A stretch of DNA of 64,000 nt, from NCBI GenBank assembly GCA_963703215.1, contig OY969800.1, forward strand, positions 3,087,297 through 3,151,296, read 5' to 3'. Below, piece by piece: positions 62,057 through 64,000 of the stretch. Below the pieces are notes generated by a model. The model searched no databases, was not told the DNA's origin, and saw nothing but the letters and a program-made list of their open reading frames with translations. Position numbers and translations under genes: made by a program. The stretch comes from an uncultured Bacteroidota bacterium (lineage in GTDB: Bacteria; Bacteroidota; Ignavibacteria; Kryptoniales; JAKASW01). Numbering within the stretch: the stretch's first letter is position 1; each line of letters starts with the position of its first letter.

Positions 62057-62320
62057 GAACAGTAAAGTCCGTGGAATATATTTACGTCTGTGAGAAGATA
62101 ATTCAATCACGGTCAATACTGACGGCAAGGGATGAATTTTAAAAAGGATTGCTCGACTGAAAACAATCCATTACGTGCAGCAACCCGCCTTGCCCCCATG
62201 GACGGGGTATGGAGTTCCTATCCGACAGCTCCTAAGCTCTCTCTGTCTCGTTTCTCAAAAGGGACTCCATAGGCGACTATGGCAAGTTCCGAAAAAGGAA
62301 TTCTTAGAACGGGGGGAGCG

Positions 62321-62566
62321 TTACTGCACCTCCTCAGCTTTTAAAATCAATTCTTTGGCTTCCGAAGCCCAACTCAATGCACTATTTTCAGGCGAACTCC
62401 TCACAGGGCTATGATTGCCTATCCCTTTTCGATTTGGATTCTTCCCAAGTCGAAATTGATAAAGCGGGCAGTCCGTAATTTGACAGAGTTTAACTTCATT
62501 CGAGCTGCCGTTTGAACAATCAAGACAGTAAAGGCGAATCGCTTTCAAAGATGTTGTTCGTTTCAT
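62321..62566 (-). CDS. small Cys4 zinc-ribbon protein of the kind seen next to phage/ICE integrases
   Basis: Internal ATG 62566 of ORF 62321-62791 (the upstream part overlaps the integrase). MKRTTSLKAIRLYCLDCSNGSSNEVKLCQITDCPLYQFRLGKNP: CxxC...Cx4C. As I recall, this pattern occurs in small mobile-element proteins of unknown function. Confidence 0.6.
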   Translation of the reverse strand: MKRTTSLKAIRLYCLDCSNGSSNEVKLCQITDCPLYQFRLGKNPNRKGIGNHSPVRSSPENSALSWASEAKELILKAEEVQ

Positions 62567-62573
62567 GGTTGTC

Positions 62574-63710
62574 TCAGGATTTGTTATTGTAAAAATAAAA
62601 CTTCGCTGCCAATGTGTTGACTTCGCCATGGAGCTGCTGCGGAAGTAAGTGTGAATAAATCTCTGTCGTCTTGCTCGATGAATGTCCGAGAAGTTTCTGG
62701 ACTGCATACAGCGAAACCCCGGACATGACCAGGGCAGAGGCGAACGAATGTCGAAGGGAATGGAAATGCAATTTTTCATTGAGTCCTGCACGCCGGACGG
62801 CTTTTTTAAATTTACGCTCCACTACGGTTTCGTTAAGTTTCCGACCGTGACTATTCGGGAACGCGAGATCGGATTCAGTTCTAATATTCTCTTTACGATC
62901 CGTCAATAACCTCAGCAAGTCCTCACTTATCGGCACGACACGGGAACGTTTGCTTTTCGTTGTGAATGATTCGCTGTTTTGAATGAGGATTCTTTTCGAT
63001 GAAAAGTCTATGTCGCTCCAGCGAAGGTTAAGCAACTCTCCGAGTCTCATTCCCGTGAGAATCGCCATGGCATACAACTCACGATAATTTCTGTCATCAA
63101 TCGCCAAAAGAAAAATTTCAAAATCTTTCTCTGTGAAAAATGCCGGCAATACTTCAGCAACTTTCGGCTTCTTCACCTTGCCAAATGGATTTTCTTTGAG
63201 AAGATTCCACTGGACGGCTTTTTCAAAAGCGGCACGAAGGGCGAGAAAATATTTTCTGGAAGTCCATGGAGATGCTTCAGCTTTCTTGACAGCAAGGAAA
63301 TGTTCTATCTCTCGAATGCCGATTGTGTTTAAATCTCTGTCGCCTTCGACTCTAACAAATTCATTGAACGCAGTCTTACAACTTGCCGTGGTTTTCTTGG
63401 TGTGAACGCCTGATGAATATTCGAGAAATTCTTTTGCGAAGCTGCTAAGGGTTCTTTCATTTTCGGATCCTGATTCGCCTGCGATTGTATAAGTGTCATG
63501 GTCAATGCCGATATATCCGAAGCGGGCAAGATTCTTTGTGTGCCTCGATACTTGACTGACGCCGGAGAGTTGACGAATCTTATCAATCGAAGCGGAACAC
63601 GACGCCAATCCGTCTGCAAGTTGAAAGAGTGCTGCAAATACCCGAACGTCATTCAGTGAGAGACGCTTATCTTGAAGCAAGCTCATCGGTATGTTCACGG
63701 ACTCAAGCAT
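62574..63710 (-). CDS. tyrosine-type site-specific recombinase/integrase with N-terminal wHTH-like extension
   Basis: Catalytic residues in LTGMRLGELLNLRW (Arg), FHSLRHSFAS (HxxR), LLGHSS (His), TEIYSHL (Tyr). SAM-like core-binding domain. First ~80 aa (LSLNDVRVFAALFQLADG...SIDKIRQLSGVSQVSRHTKNLARFGYI) look like a winged helix. Confidence 0.9.
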   Translation of the reverse strand: MLESVNIPMSLLQDKRLSLNDVRVFAALFQLADGLASCSASIDKIRQLSGVSQVSRHTKNLARFGYIGIDHDTYTIAGESGSENERTLSSFAKEFLEYSSGVHTKKTTASCKTAFNEFVRVEGDRDLNTIGIREIEHFLAVKKAEASPWTSRKYFLALRAAFEKAVQWNLLKENPFGKVKKPKVAEVLPAFFTEKDFEIFLLAIDDRNYRELYAMAILTGMRLGELLNLRWSDIDFSSKRILIQNSESFTTKSKRSRVVPISEDLLRLLTDRKENIRTESDLAFPNSHGRKLNETVVERKFKKAVRRAGLNEKLHFHSLRHSFASALVMSGVSLYAVQKLLGHSSSKTTEIYSHLLPQQLHGEVNTLAAKFYFYNNKS

Positions 63711-63758
63711 TCTTCTTACTCATTACTCCACTAATCTCTTAATTCTTTTTTTCCTTAG

Positions 63759-64000
63759 TTAAATACTATTCTTCCCATTCTTGTTTATAGTGGCGGTGTT
63801 CGTGTGGTTTTCATAGTTTTTCGGGTTCTGGTAAAAGTCATAGTTGACGATGGTTATGAAGATTCCGCGTGTAGTTTTCCGTGTAGTAATCATTGACGTT
63901 GTTCGCAAATATCTCAGAGCATTTTCTATGTCGCTTTTTGAGTATGCCTTTTTTATAAAACCTCGCTTCCATGATAGCCCGTTTTGAATGTCATTGTAGG
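63759..64000 (-). CDS. C-terminal 79 codons of a gene entering from beyond the window; wHTH-like (phage/plasmid replication-organiser-like) protein
   Basis: Minus-strand frame open from 63998 to TAA at 63759-63761: YNDIQNGLSWKRGFIKKAYSKSDIENALRYLRTTSMITTRKTTRGIFITIVNYDFYQNPKNYENH... It is not in the ORF track because its start is off-window. The ..G.(F/I)ITI.NYD.YQ motif is recalled from phage wHTH proteins. Confidence 0.5.
   Translation of the reverse strand, partial: YNDIQNGLSWKRGFIKKAYSKSDIENALRYLRTTSMITTRKTTRGIFITIVNYDFYQNPKNYENHTNTATINKNGKNSI

Larger units (their letters stand above)
61735..64000. mobile_element. att-proximal end of a putative integrative element (continues past the right window edge)
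   Basis: Orphan tRNA-Ser 3' segment, adjacent short direct repeats, ~0.5 kb non-coding arm with nested hairpins, then Zn-ribbon gene, tyrosine integrase and wHTH gene, all transcribed toward the att-like site. Housekeeping rplU-rpmA-mdh lie immediately to the left. Confidence 0.55.

Noticed and set aside
61735-62200. tmRNA (ssrA) hypothesis. The 3' end has a T arm and an acceptor strand with T at position 70 (a G3-U70 would be possible). TTAGGCGAAAA recalls the start of GENNYALAA-type tags. A GGGGG run lies ~460 nt upstream.
   Set aside because: The segment contains a genuine anticodon arm (GCT) and a Ser-type variable arm, which tmRNAs lack. The discriminator is G, not A. No frame from GGCGAAAA ends in an ..AA-stop tag, and it lies only ~95 nt from the 3' end, with no room for PK2-PK4. 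No GGATTCGAC element is present, and GGGGGCA pairs only 5 of 7 with CCTCTCC.
62060-62290. RNase P RNA-like strings on the plus strand (AGTAAAGTCCGTGG; AAAGGGACTCCATAGGCGA resembling GGAAAGUCCGGGCUCCAUAGGGCA).
   Set aside because: The two pieces are in the wrong order relative to M1 RNA. The CR-I match lacks UCC. No ACAGAACCCGGCUUA-type CR-V is present, and the span would overlap the Zn-ribbon gene. I treat it as chance similarity.
63759-63990. Apparent ORF with two in-frame TGA codons (…HNHRQL*LLPEPEKL*KPHEH…), suggesting TGA recoding in the mobile element.
   Set aside because: A different frame is completely open from the window edge to TAA 63759 and gives a sensible wHTH-like sequence. The host clearly uses TGA as a stop, so no recoding is needed.

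Overview
64-kb chromosomal window from a Gram-negative bacterium. The T9SS C-terminal sorting domains (NYPNPFNP type), the split F1Fo operon and the LPS genes suggest an Ignavibacteriota/Bacteroidota-like (FCB group) lineage; this is inference only. There are about 60 protein genes, roughly 50 on the minus strand, in tightly packed and often overlapping arrays. Housekeeping content: tyrS, pdaD, atpZ-I-B-E-F-H-A-G (no atpD/atpC) preceded by an M23-peptidase/bactofilin pair, an acyl-CoA carboxyltransferase, ispD, queA, ppdK, lpxK, lpxB, smc, a polyprenyl synthase, tatC, glyA, rpiB, gmhB, glgA, mdh and rplU-rpmA. An ~11-kb glycan (LPS/O-antigen-like) cluster at 43.8-54.6 kb carries GT2/GT9/GT4 transferases, four SAM methyltransferases plus one relic, RmlC/RmlD-like enzymes, an SDR epimerase and a Wzx-type flippase. 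Two secreted beta-propeller proteins carry T9SS sorting domains. I found no CRISPR array, no rRNA and no intact tRNA. Main observations: (1) the right end (61.7-64.0 kb) looks like the edge of an integrative element: an orphan 3' part of tRNA-Ser(GCU), a ~0.5-kb repeat- and hairpin-rich non-coding arm, a Zn-ribbon gene, a wHTH-tyrosine integrase and a further wHTH gene running off the window; (2) a translationally coupled trio of an orphan ABC ATPase, a 625-aa predicted beta-barrel and an RsbW-like kinase; (3) a GH2-like ectodomain that seems to lack the acid/base Glu, fused to a Yip1-like membrane domain; (4) five to eight conserved genes, including normally essential ispD, are broken by single-nucleotide frame changes, most of them resolvable at short homopolymer runs. 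These are most simply assembly indels, so the ORF track fragments those genes. I do not see a clear-cut new multi-gene system; the flagged candidates are hypotheses that need database and structure checks I cannot run.
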